DNA of 64,000 nucleotides from Mobula hypostoma (Eukaryota). How positions within the stretch are numbered: the stretch's first letter is position 1; every line of letters starts with the position of its first letter. This document shows, piece after piece, positions 51,381 through 62,195 of the stretch. A model generated the notes under the pieces. It worked only from the letters and a program-made list of their open reading frames with translations. It did not search any database and was not told the origin of the DNA. The stretch covers positions 201,936,001 through 202,000,000 of the forward strand of contig NC_086100.1 in the NCBI RefSeq assembly GCF_963921235.1, written 5' to 3'. Made by a program: the position numbers and the translations under genes.

Positions 51381-51807
51381 TAGTGGTCACCAACCTTTTA
51401 AAGCCCAAGATCCCCTACCTCGACCTCAGTGAAAGGCAAGATCTACCTACTAAATTGTTTAGAGATAAAACAGCTCAGATTGTACTTCCAATTTGAGGCC
51501 TTTTATTTGGGCGAATTGTATTTGAATTACACAAAATACTTTTGTCAGACTTTCAAATTAATTCAAAGAAGAAAACACTGTAACTAGCATATCAAACAGG
51601 CCATAGCTGTCTTTCTTTAAGAATATTACAATACTTCACACCTTTATTTCTAAGTTTCATTATTTAATTTTATTTCAACATGAAAAATAAATGAATAAAA
51701 ATTGACTGTTGCACTCAGTGTGATGACTGGGGCTGAATACTTTCTGCTGGTTCCCTGAAATTTGGCTCATAACTACAGACAGCCAGTCTGAGACAGTCTG
51801 TGAGGTG

Positions 51808-52216
51808 TACAGTTGCCATATTCCCCCCGCTAAGGTAGAAGGTTCCTATGAAACCTTTCGTGCCGAACTGCTTTATGCTGAAGAAGCAATTATCGTTAAT
51901 TTATATGGAAAAAAATTTTGAGTGTTCCCAGACCCAAAAAAATAACTTACCAAATCATACCAAATAACACTTAAAATAACACTAACATATAGTAAAAGCA
52001 GGAATGAGATGATAAATACAAAGCCTATATAAAGTAGAGATAATGAAGATTAAGCTAAAACCAATCGTGGGGTAAAAAAATCGTCACGCATGCGCACACA
52101 GGTGCCCGCGCAAGGCTTCATGGTCATGGTAGTCTTTCTCGGGGTGAACACAGATGTCCGGGGATTTGATTGCTTCTTTTGTCTGTTATTTGAGAGTGAG
52201 AAAGTTGGCAACCCTA
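51808..52216. mobile_element. Non-autonomous hAT-type element nested in the transposase, 8-bp TSD
   Basis: Ends tacagttgcca ... tggcaacccta. TSD gtgaggtg (51800-51807) and gtgaggcg (52217-52224). Confidence 0.75.
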
Positions 52217-52657
52217 GTGAGGCGTCTGTCAGTAAATCAGCTCCTGTTCTTAGATTTAATAATTTTCACCTGTGAAAATGCAATTTCACACAGATAAGTT
52301 GGCCCGAAGTAGGCACTGACTTTTAGTGCTATAAAACCAATGCGCACACCGTGCATTGCTCAGCCCCATCAGTAGTAATTGCCACCAGTTTATGAATGGG
52401 GTTGTCACTTCCATGGACATATTTTTTAAACTCATTGTAAATATCCTCACCTCTCATTCTCTCCTTTAATTGCAAAAGAGTGAGGAAGTCCTCCTTTGTT
52501 GTAAAATCCTGGAAAGCCATTCTGACAAATACAACAAGCTGAGCTGTTTGCATTACATCCAGGGATTCATCGAATTGTAGTGAAAAATATTCACGTCCTC
52601 TGATAGTGACTCTACCCTCCTTGTCACTGTTGCAGGGCCAAGCGGGATATTATATAT

Positions 52658-52735
52658 CAAAGTTACTGGTGAACGCAGCAGTAACTTTGATGTGTGTTGC
52701 TTGAATTTCCAGCATTTGCAGTATTCCTGTTGTTT
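52658..52735 (+). mobile_element. Tiny Penelope-like terminal fragment with a hairpin
   Basis: caaagttact...agtaactttg inverted repeat followed by the PLE end tgtgtgttgcttgaatttccagca. Flanked by duplicated gcgggata(t/c)tatatat. Confidence 0.7.
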
Positions 52736-52909
52736 GCGGGATACTATATATTGCAGTTGTAGTGCCGTTTTTGTTTTTAAAGTCATTAAAACAGTCTCTG
52801 CGGTAATGGCCATTGCTTCCTTGAATAAATCGCCATCTGTAAAAGGCTTCTTGTGTTTAGCCAAAAGGTGACTTACACGAGATGATGCTTCAAAGCAACC
52901 TTATTTTGA

Positions 52910-53005
52910 GCAACACACATAAAAGTTGCTGGTGAACGCAGCAGGCCAGGCAGCATCTGTAGGAAGAGGTGCAGTCGACGTTTCAGGCCGAGACCCTTCG
53001 TCAGG
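52910..53005 (-). mobile_element. Penelope-like terminal fragment containing a hammerhead core (stem I 5' strand lost)
   Basis: Reverse complement of ~56176-56271. Confidence 0.85.
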
Positions 53006-53575
53006 CATGTTTTGTGAAAAACGATCGCTGGGCCTTCAACCCCGATTTCAGCTCCTCAACTTTCCAGGCACGAATTGCGCTCTTTGGGGGGTGGGTGTCT
53101 TTAAATTTCTGGTGGTTGATGTTGTGGTGCTGCTCCAGATTCCCTCTTTTAGTCAGTGCTTGTGTTTGGTGGCACAACTTACATACACACTTGTCTTTCA
53201 CCATGGTAAGTAGAAATTCCTCTTCCCATTCTGGATGGAATTTGTATGTTTTCGCCTTCTTTCTGGAGCCTCCGCCACGCTATCAGGGTATCACGAGCGA
53301 TTGCCGATTGCGTCGCCTCTGATCTGGGCCGACATTTACGTGCTAGGCAGCAGTTAATTAATTAGCTTGTTTATTTTGGCTTTTTTTCTTAAAGATGTGC
53401 TGTGTGCATCCCGACCACCACTGCACCACTGCCTGCTTCGCGGTCCGGAGGCTGGGGACACTGCCGTATATTGATGTTTGCAACAGTCAGTACTGTTATC
53501 TAACCTGATTGGTCACTTTGATGCAGCACAGGCTACGCTGAAAATGCAGTGCATGGCTTGTTACAGTAGAGGAGG

Positions 53576-54248
53576 CTTTGTCTGCCGGACAGAGCGTAGG
53601 TGTTCAGCGAAACGATCTCCCAGTCTGTGTTGGGTCTCGCCAATGTACAGCCGTCTGCCAGAGAAAGCAGGATCTCCCAGTGGCCACACATTTTAATTCC
53701 ACATCCCATTCCCATTCCCATTCTGATATGTCTATCCATGGCCTCCTCTACTGTAAAGATGAAGCCACACTCAGGTTGGAGGAACAACACCTTATATTCC
53801 GTCTGGGTAGCCTCCAACCTGATGGCGTGAACATTGACTTCTCAAACTTCCGCTAATGCCCCACCTCCCCCTCGTACCCCATCCGTTATTTATTTATATG
53901 CACACATTCTTTCTCTCTCTCTCTCCTTTTTGTCCCTCTGACTATACCCCTTGCCCATCCTTTGGGCTTTTTCCCCTCTCCCCCTTTTCCTTCTCCCCGG
54001 ACCTCCTGTCCCATGATCCTCTCGTATCCCTTTTGCCAATCACCTGTCCAGCTCTTGGCTCCATCCCTCCCCTCCTGTCTTCTCCTATCATTTTGGACCT
54101 CCTCCTCCCCCTCCAACTTTCAAATCCCTTACTCACTCTTCCTTCAGTTAGTCCTGACGAAGGGTCTCGGCCTGAAACGTCGACTGTACCTCTTCCTGGA
54201 GATGCTGCCTGGTCTGCTGCATTCACCAGCAACTCTGATGTGTGGTGC
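53576..54248 (+). mobile_element. 5'-truncated Penelope-like element with an inverted 5' piece (53576-53650)
   Basis: GIY-YIG C-terminus (DLPVATHFNS...RLEEQHLIFRLGSLQPDGVN). The inverted piece encodes YIGET..RLGDRFAEHLRSV. Confidence 0.9.
54149..54186 (+). ncRNA. Minimal type I hammerhead ribozyme (Penelope-associated), predicted cleavage after 54181
   Basis: uaguc-CUGACGA-agg(gucucgg)ccu-GAAA-cGUC|gacug: intact core, stem I uaguc/gacug, short stem II, palindromic ACGU stem III. Confidence 0.85.
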
Positions 54249-55187
54249 TAGTAGAGTTATTGACCCCTTCTTGTTGCTAGCTTCACCCACAGAGACTCCG
54301 TAGATAACCCCTCCATGACGTCCTCCTTTTCTGCATCCGTGACACTATCTCCAATCAGCAGTACCACCCCCCCACCTCTTTTGCCTCCCTCCCTGTCTTT
54401 CTGAAACTTCTAAAGCCTGGCACTTGAAGTAACCATTCCTGCCCCTGAGCCATCCAAGTCTCTGTAATGGCCACAACATCATAGCTCTAAGTACTGATCC
54501 ACACTCTAAGCTTATTTGCTTTGTTCACAATACTCCTTGCATTAAAATGGGCACATGTCATTGGACTAAGCGTGTCCCTTCTCTATCACCTGCCTATCCT
54601 CCCTCTCGCACTGACTCCAAGCTTTCTCTATTTGTGAGCCAATCTCCTCTTCCCCAATCTCTTCAGTTTGGTTCCCACCCCCCCCCCCAGCAATTCTAGT
54701 TTAAACTCTCCCCGATAGCCTTAACAAACCTCCCCGCCAAGATATTGGTCCCCCTGAGATTCAAGTGCAACCCGTCCTTTTTGTACAGGTCACACCTGCC
54801 CCAAAAGAGGTCCCAATTATTCAGAAATCTGAATCCCTGCCCCCTGCTCCAATCCCTCAGCAACGCATTTATCCTCCACCTCATTCTATTCCTATACTCA
54901 CTGTCACGTAATCCTGAGATTACTACCTTTGAGGTCCTGCTTCTCAACTTCCTTCCTAACTCCCTGTAGTCTGTTTTCAGAACCTCCTCCTTTTTCCCAT
55001 CTGTGTTGTTGGTACCAATATATACCACTTCAGGATATTGTGGATGCGATCAGAAACATCCCAGATCCTGGGAGGCAAACTACCATCTGCAAACACGAGG
55101 AATTCTGCAGATGCTGGAAATTCAAGGAACACACATCAAAGTTGCTGGTGAACGCAGCAGGCCAGGCAGCATCTCTAGGAAGAGGTA

Positions 55188-55225
55188 CAGTTGACGTTTC
55201 AGGCCGAGACCCTTTGTCAGGACTA
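55188..55225 (-). ncRNA. Mutated hammerhead copy (CUGACAA instead of CUGANGA), probably inactive
   Basis: Reverse complement tagtcctgacaaagggtctcggcctgaaacgtcaactg. Confidence 0.7.
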
Positions 55226-56171
55226 ACTGAAGGAAGAGTCAGTAAGAGATTTGAAAGGGGGAGGGGGAGATCCAAAATGATAGGAGAAGACAGGAGGGGG
55301 GTCCAGCATATTATTCTTCGTAACTTCCGCCACCTCAAACGGGATCCCACCACTAAGCACATCTTTCCCTCTCCCCCCCCCTGCTTTCCGCAGGGATCGC
55401 TCCCTACGCGAGTCCTTTGTCCATTCGTCCCCCCCATCCCTCCCCACTGATCTCCCTCCTGGCACTTATCCTTGTAAGCAGAACAAGTGCTACACATGCC
55501 CTTACACTTCCTCCCTTACCACTATTCAGGGCCCCAGACAGTCCTTCCAGGTGAGGCAACACTTCACCTGTGAGTCGGCTGGGGTGATATACTGCGTCCG
55601 GTGCTCCCGATGTGGCCTTCTATATATTGGCGAGACCCGACGCAGACTGGGAGACCGTTTTGCTGAACACCTACGCTGTGTCCGCCAGAGAAAGCAGGAT
55701 CTCCCAGTGGCCACACAGTTTAATTCCACATCCCATTCCCATTCTGACATGTCTATCCACGGCCTCCTCTACTGTAAAGATGAAGCCACACTCAGGTTGG
55801 AGGAACAACACCTTATATTCCATCTGGGTACCCTCCAACCTGATGGCATGAACATTGACTTCTCTAACTTCCGCTAATGCCCCACCTCCCCCTCGTACCC
55901 CATCCGTTATTTATTTATATACACACATTCTTTCTCTCTCCTTTTTCTCCCTCTGTCCTTCTGACTATACCCCTTGCCCATCCACTGGGCTTTTTCCCCC
56001 CCAGCCCCTTTTCCTTCTCCCTGGGCCTCCTGTCCCATGATCCTCTCGTATCCCCTTTTGCCAATCACCTGTCCAGCTCTTGGCTCCATCCCTCCCCCTC
56101 CTGTCTTCTCCTATCATTTCGGATCTCCCCCCCCTCCCACTTTCAAATCTCTTACTAACTCTTCCTTCAGT

Positions 56172-56209
56172 TAGTCCTGACGAAGGGTCTCGGCCTGAAA
56201 CGTCGACTG
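56172..56209 (+). ncRNA. Minimal type I hammerhead ribozyme, predicted cleavage after 56204
   Basis: Identical 38-nt motif to 54149-54186. Confidence 0.85.
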
Positions 56210-56594
56210 TACCTCTTCCTAGAGATGCTGCCTGGCCTGCTGCGTTCACCAGCAACTTTGATGTGTGTTGCTTAAACTACCATCCGTGTTTCTTTCGTGC
56301 GTCCACAGAATCGCCTTTCTGACCCCCTACCTATAGTGTCCCGTATCAGTGCTGCCATCCTCTTCCTTTCCCTACCCTTCTGAGCCGCAGGGCCAGACTC
56401 TGTGCCAGAGGCATGACCACTGTTGCTTCCCCCAGACAGGCCGTCCCCCCCAACAGGAGTAGTTATTGTTAAGGGGGACAGCCACAGTGTACTCTAGCAT
56501 CTTACTCCTGTCCTTCCCTGTCCTGTTACTCACTTATCTGTCTCCTGAGGCCCTGGTGTGACTACCTGCCTATAGCTCCTCTCTATCACCTCCT

Positions 56595-57958
56595 GCCGAA
56601 GATGCTGTGCCCCAGCGGCCTCAATGACTACAGACCGGTGACATTGACCTCCCACATCATGAAGACCCTGGAGAGACTTGTTCTGGAGCTGCTCCGGCCT
56701 ATGGTCAGGCCACACTTAGATCCCCTCCAGTTCGCCTACCAGCCCCGACTAGGAGTTGAAGATGCCATTGTCTACTTGCTGAACCGTGTCTACGCCCACC
56801 TGGACAAGCCAGCGAGCACTGTGAGGGTCATGTTTGTTGACTTCTCCAGTGCGTTCAACACCATCCACCCTGCTCTGCTGGGGGAGAAGCTGACAGCGAT
56901 GCAGGTGGATGCTTCCCTGGTGTCATGGATTCTTGATTACCTGACTGGCAGACCACAGTACGTGTGCTTGAAACACTGTGTGTCCGACAGAGTGATCAGC
57001 AGCACTGGGGCTCCACAGGGGACTGTCTTGTCTCCCTTTCTCTTCACCATTTACACCTCGGACTTCAGCTACTGCACAGAGTCTTGTCATCTTCAGAAGT
57101 TTTCAGATGACTCTGCCATAGTTGGATGCATCAGCAAGGGAGATGAGGTTGAGTACAGGGCTACTATAGGAAACTTTGTCACATGGTGTGAGCAGAATTA
57201 TCTGCAGCTTAATGTGAAAAAGACTAAGGAGCTGGTGGTAGACCTGAGGAGAGCTAAGGTACCGGTGATCCCTGTTTCCATCCAGGGGGTCAGTGTGGAC
57301 ATGGTAGAGGATTACAAATACCTGGGGATACGAATTGACAATAAACTGGACTGGTCAAAGAACACTGAGGCTGTCTACAAGAAGGGTCAGAGCCGTCTCT
57401 ATTTCCTGAGGAGAGTGAGGTCCTTTAACATCTGCCGGACGATGCTGAGGATGTTCTATGAGTCTGTGGTGGCCAGTGCTATCATGTTTGCTGTTGTGTG
57501 CTGGGGCAGCAGGCTGAGGGTAACAGACACCAACATAGTCAACAAACTTATTCGTAAGGTCAGTGATGTTGTGGGGATGGAACTGGACTCTCTGACGGTG
57601 GTGTCTGAAAAGAGGATGCTGTCCAAGTTGCATGCCATCATGGTCAATGTCTCCCATCCACTACATAATGTACTGGGTGGGCACAGGAGTACATTCAGCC
57701 AGAGACTCATTCCACCGAGATGCAGCACAGAGCGTCGTAGGAAGTCATTCCTGCCTGTGGCCATCAAACTTTACAACTCCTCCCTTGGAGGGTCAGACAC
57801 CCTGAGCCAATAGGCTGGTCCTGGACTTAGTTCATAATTTACTGGCATAATTTACATATTACTATTTAACTATTTATGGTTCTATAACTATTTATTATTT
57901 ATGGTGCAACTGTAACGAAAACCAATTTCCCCCTGGGATCAATAAAGTATGACTATGA
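56595..57958 (+). mobile_element. 5'-truncated Rex1/Babar-clade LINE with an uninterrupted RT ORF (56602-57813)
   Basis: LNDYRPVTLTSHIMK, QFAYQP, DFSSAFNTI, GAPQGTVLSP, KFSDDSA; 3' end gggatcaataaagtatgactatga. Confidence 0.92.
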
Positions 57959-58384
57959 TTCACTTTCCCTGACCAGATGAAGGTCATCGAGCTGCATCTC
58001 CAGTTCCCTAACCCGGTCCCTAAGGAGCTGCAGCTCGACGCACCTGGCACAGATGTTGCTGTCCAGGAGGCTGGAGTCTCCCGGACCTCCCACATCTGAC
58101 ACCCGGTGCAGAACACCAGCCTCACACACGTACTTCCTGTTCCTATTCTTCACAAGTAACTTACCTCGCCGCGACCTGTTTTCACTGAAGCCCTGTTGAG
58201 TCAAAACCCTTCTACTCTGTCTCCCTCTACTCTGCGCCAGCTCCTCTGATGCCCGCTCCTTCAACACCTGCTCTATAAGCTGCCTCCTTTTAATCTCTTC
58301 CCACTGGTCTAACTGGCTGACATCCACGTGCCTGCACAGTGGTACCTCAGTCAATCTACAAATATTGGTAAACATTTGTGGATA

Positions 58385-58446
58385 GAGTACTGTGCACCGT
58401 TGCTATATATATATATGTATGTGCCTGAGACTTTTGCACAGTACTG
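58385..58446. mobile_element. Tc1/mariner-type MITE remnant
   Basis: agtactgtgca ... tgcacagtact inverted ends flanked by TA. Confidence 0.6.
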
Positions 58447-58448
58447 TA

Positions 58449-59760
58449 TGACCTCTTGTATTAGCCATTTGTGCTCTGTTGAAAAGTCCCTGGCAGTCCA
58501 CTCTATCTATGCCTCTTATTGTCTGTGCACCTTGATCAAATTGCCTTTCATCTTCCTTCGTTCCAAAGAGAAAAGCTGTAGTTGCACAACCTAGCCTCAT
58601 AAGATATGCTCTCTAATCCAGGCAGCTTCATGGTAAATCTCTTCTGCATCCCCTCTAAAGCTTCCACGTCCTTCCTAAAATGAGGCGACCAGAACTGAAC
58701 ACAATACTCCAAGTGGTCTGACCAGCAACTTACAGAACTGTAACATAACCTTGTTGCTTTTGAAGTCAATGCCCCAACTACTGAAGGCTAACATACCTTC
58801 TGCCTTCTCATTCACCCTATGGACTAGCACTGCAACTTTCAGGGATCTGTAGATGCAGACCCTCCGATCTCTTTGTTCCTCCACACTGATAAGAATCCTA
58901 CTATTAACCTTGCCTCTGCCTTCAAGTTCAACTTTCCAAAGTGAATTATTTCACATTTTTCAGGTTGAACTCTTTCTCAGCCCAGTCTGAATCTTGTCTA
59001 TTATAATTTATGACAGCTTTCTATACTGCCCACAACTCTATCATCTGCAAATGTACTAACCCACCTTTCAACTTCCTCATCTAAGTCATCTATAAAGTGC
59101 AGAGGTCCTTGCAGAACACCACTGGTCTCTGATACACAGGCAGGATACAATCCATCTACAACCACATTCTGCCATCTGAAGGGAAGCCAATTCCACACAG
59201 CCAAATTTCCCTGGATCCATGTCTCCTGACTTCTTGAATGAGCCTACCATGGGGAATCTTATCAAACGACTTACTAAAATCAACAGACACCACATCCACC
59301 GCTTCGTGTTCACTGTGCTTTGTCAGATCCTCAAAGTGTTCAATCAGGCTTGTGAGGCAAGAGCTGCTCCTCATAAAGCCATCTTGACTGTCCGAATCAG
59401 ACTATGCTTGTCCAAATACCCGTAAATTCTCTCTCAAAGGATGTTCTCCAATAGTTGTCCCACACTGAAGTAAGACTCTCTGGTCTATAATTAACAGGGT
59501 TATCCATACTGTCTTTCTTCAAGAAAGGAATAACATTTGCCACCCAATCATTTGGTACTACCTCTGTGGCCAGTGAGGATGTAAAGATCATCACCGAAGG
59601 CACAGCAATCTCTTCCTCTGCTTCCCGTAGTAACCAGGGGTATATCCCATCTGGCTCTGTGGATCTAACTATGCTAATGTTTTTCAAATATACCAGCTCA
59701 TCCACTTTCTTAATGTCGACATGTTTCAGCACATCAGCCTGTTTTACGCTGATCAAAAAT
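58449..59760 (-). mobile_element. Old degenerate CR1 RT fragment
   Basis: HLEYCVQFWSPHFRKD, DFSKSFDKIPH and NYRPESLTSV in several frames. Confidence 0.88.
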
Positions 59761-59857
59761 TCATCATGGGACGGTGGGGGAGGTGGGAGGTTAGGGAGGA
59801 GTTTGAGGGCAATGGAGGGGTGGTTACACCCCTGACCCTGCAGTGAAATATATCTGA

Positions 59858-60043
<186 letters not shown>

Positions 60044-60144
60044 TAAAGCGGGACGGAAACAGAACAGGGCTGGGTTTTCGAGCACAGAGAGCACGGTGCG
60101 TTGAGTGGCAGAGCGATATTATTAAACCACACCATTGACCAGTA

Positions 60145-62035
60145 GCGCGTTGGGGTGTGACGTTGACGGGGAGAGGCACATTAGGGTGTGACGTTGACGG
60201 GGAGAGGGGCACGTTGGGGTGTGACGGTGACGGGGAGAGGCGCGTTGGGGTGTGACGTTGACGGGGAGAGGGGCACGTTGGGGTGTGACGTTGACGGGGA
60301 GAGGCGCGTTGGGGTGAGACGTTGACGGGGAGAGCCGCGTTGGGGTGAGACGTTGACGGGGAGAGGCGCGTTGGGGTGTGACGTTGACGGGGAGGGGCAC
60401 GTTGGGGTGTGACGTTGACGGGGAGGGGCGCGTTGGGGTGAGACGTTGACGGGGAGAGCCGCGTTGGGGTGAGACGTTGACGGGGAGAGGCGCGTTGGGG
60501 TGTGACGTTGACGGGGAGAGGCGCGTTGGGGTGTGACGTTGACGGGGAGAGGCGCGTTGGGGTGTGACGTTGACGGGGAGAGGGGCACGTTGGGGTGTGA
60601 CGTTGACGGGGAGAGGCGCGTTAGGGTGTGACGTTGACGGGGAGAGGCGCGTTGGGGTGTGACGTTGACGGGGAGAGGCGCGTTGGGGTGTGACGTTGAC
60701 GGGGAGAGGCGCGTTGGGGTGTGACGTTGACGGGGAGAGGCGCGTTGGGGTGTGACGTTGACGGGGAGAGGCGCGTTAGGGTGTGACGTTGACGGGGAGA
60801 GGCGCGTTGGGGTGTGACGTTGACGGGGAGAGGCGCGTTGGGGTGTGACGTTGACGAGGAGAGGGGCACGTTGGGGTGTGACGTTGACGGGGATAGGCGC
60901 GTTGGGGTGTGACGGTGACGGGGAGAGGCGCGTTGGGGTGTGACGTTGACGGGGAGAGGGGCACGTTGGGGTGTGACGTTGACGGGGAGAGGCGCGTTGG
61001 GGTGTGACGTTGACGGGGAGAGGCGCGTTGGGGTGAGACGTTGACGGGGAGAGGGGCACGTTGGGGTGTGACGGTGACGGGGAGAGGCGCGTTGGGGTGA
61101 GACGTTGACGGGGAGAGGCGCGTTGGGGTGAGACGTTGACGGGGAGAGGCGCGTTGGGGTGTGACGTTGACGTGGAGAGGCGCGTTGGGGTGAGACGTTG
61201 ACGGGGAGAGGCGCGTTGGGGTGTGACGTTGACGGGGAGAGGGGCACGTTGGGGTGTGACGTTGACGGGGACAGGCGCGTTGGGGTGTGACGGGGAGAGG
61301 GGCGTTGGGGTGTGACGGTGACGGGGAGAGGCGCGTTGGGGTGTGACGTTGACGGGGAGAGGGGCGTTGGGGTGTGACGGTGACGGGGAGAGGCGCGTTG
61401 GGGTGTGACGGTGACGGGGAGAGGCGCGTTGGGGTGAGACGTTGGCGGGGAGAGGCGCGTAGGGGTGTGACGTTGACGGGGAGAGGGGCACGTTGGGGTG
61501 TGACGTTGACGGGGACAGGCGCGTTGGGGTGTGACGGGGAGAGGGGCGTTGGGGTGTGACGGTGACGGGGAGAGGCGCGTTGGGGTGTGACGTTGACGGG
61601 GAGAGGGGCGTTGGGGTGTGACGGTGACGGGGAGAGGCGCGTTGGGGTGTGACGGTGACGGGGAGAGGCGCGTTGGGGTGAGACGTTGGCGGGGAGAGGC
61701 GCGTAGGGGTGTGATGTTGACGGGGAGAGGGGCACGTTGGGGTGTGACGTTGATGGGGAGAGGGGCGTTGGGGTGTGACGGTGACGCGGAGAGGGGCGTT
61801 GGGGTGTGACGGTGACGGGGAGAGGCGCGTTGGGGTGTGACGTTGACGGGGAGAGGCGCGTTGGGGAGTGACGGTGACGGGGAGAGGGGCGTTGGGGTGT
61901 GACGTTGACGGGGAGAGGCGCGTAGGGGTGTGACGTTGACAGGGAGAGGCGCGTTGGGGTGTGACGTTGACGGGGAGAGGCGCGTTGGGGTGAGACGTTG
62001 ACGGGGAGAGGGCGTTGTGGTGAGACGTTGACGGT
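60145..62035. repeat. 31/33-bp G-rich, CpG-rich minisatellite (gcgcgttggggtgtgacgttgacggggagag), ~60 copies
   Basis: Direct periodicity. Confidence 0.97.
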
Positions 62036-62195
62036 GAGTAGCGTCTTTGGTACAACAGTGACAGGAGTTGCGTGTTGGGGTGTGACATTGACAGGGCTCA
62101 GCGTATTGGAGTGTGGTGTTGACATGGAGCAGTATATGGTGGCACAGCGTTGACAGCGAGAAGTTTTGGTGGGGAGCGCCATATTGGGGCATGAC

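Larger units (their letters stand above)
51381..53463 (-). mobile_element. Degenerate hAT (Charlie/GTF2IRD2-EPM2AIP1-like) DNA transposon with nested insertions
   Basis: Transposase fragments KCVCKLC...EQHH, KKPFTDGD, TAQLVVFVR...AITTDGA and LTDRHLTDCLRLA. TIR-like ends tagtggtcaccaacc and ggctggggacactg. No TSD match seen. Confidence 0.85.
55088..56273 (+). mobile_element. Penelope-like element with inverted pseudo-LTR (55088-55281), GIY-YIG endonuclease domain and 11-bp TSD
   Basis: ORF 55551-55877 VIYCVRCSRCGLLYIGETRRRLGDRFAEH. TSD aaactaccatc at 55077-55087 and 56274-56284. Confidence 0.94.
54250..58340 (-). mobile_element. 5' half of a degenerate CR1 LINE (5' UTR, ORF1 zinc-finger and esterase, ORF2 start), split by PLE and Rex1 insertions
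   Basis: CTGCQMWE/ICARCVELQLL at ~57960-58125; esterase ORF 54696-55028; endonuclease remnants 54250-54560. Host sequence rejoins across both insertions. Confidence 0.85.

Noticed and set aside
51381..53463. Domesticated GTF2IRD2/EPM2AIP1/ZBED-like gene
   Set aside because: Frameshifts, a large internal deletion and three nested insertions mark it as a dead transposon.
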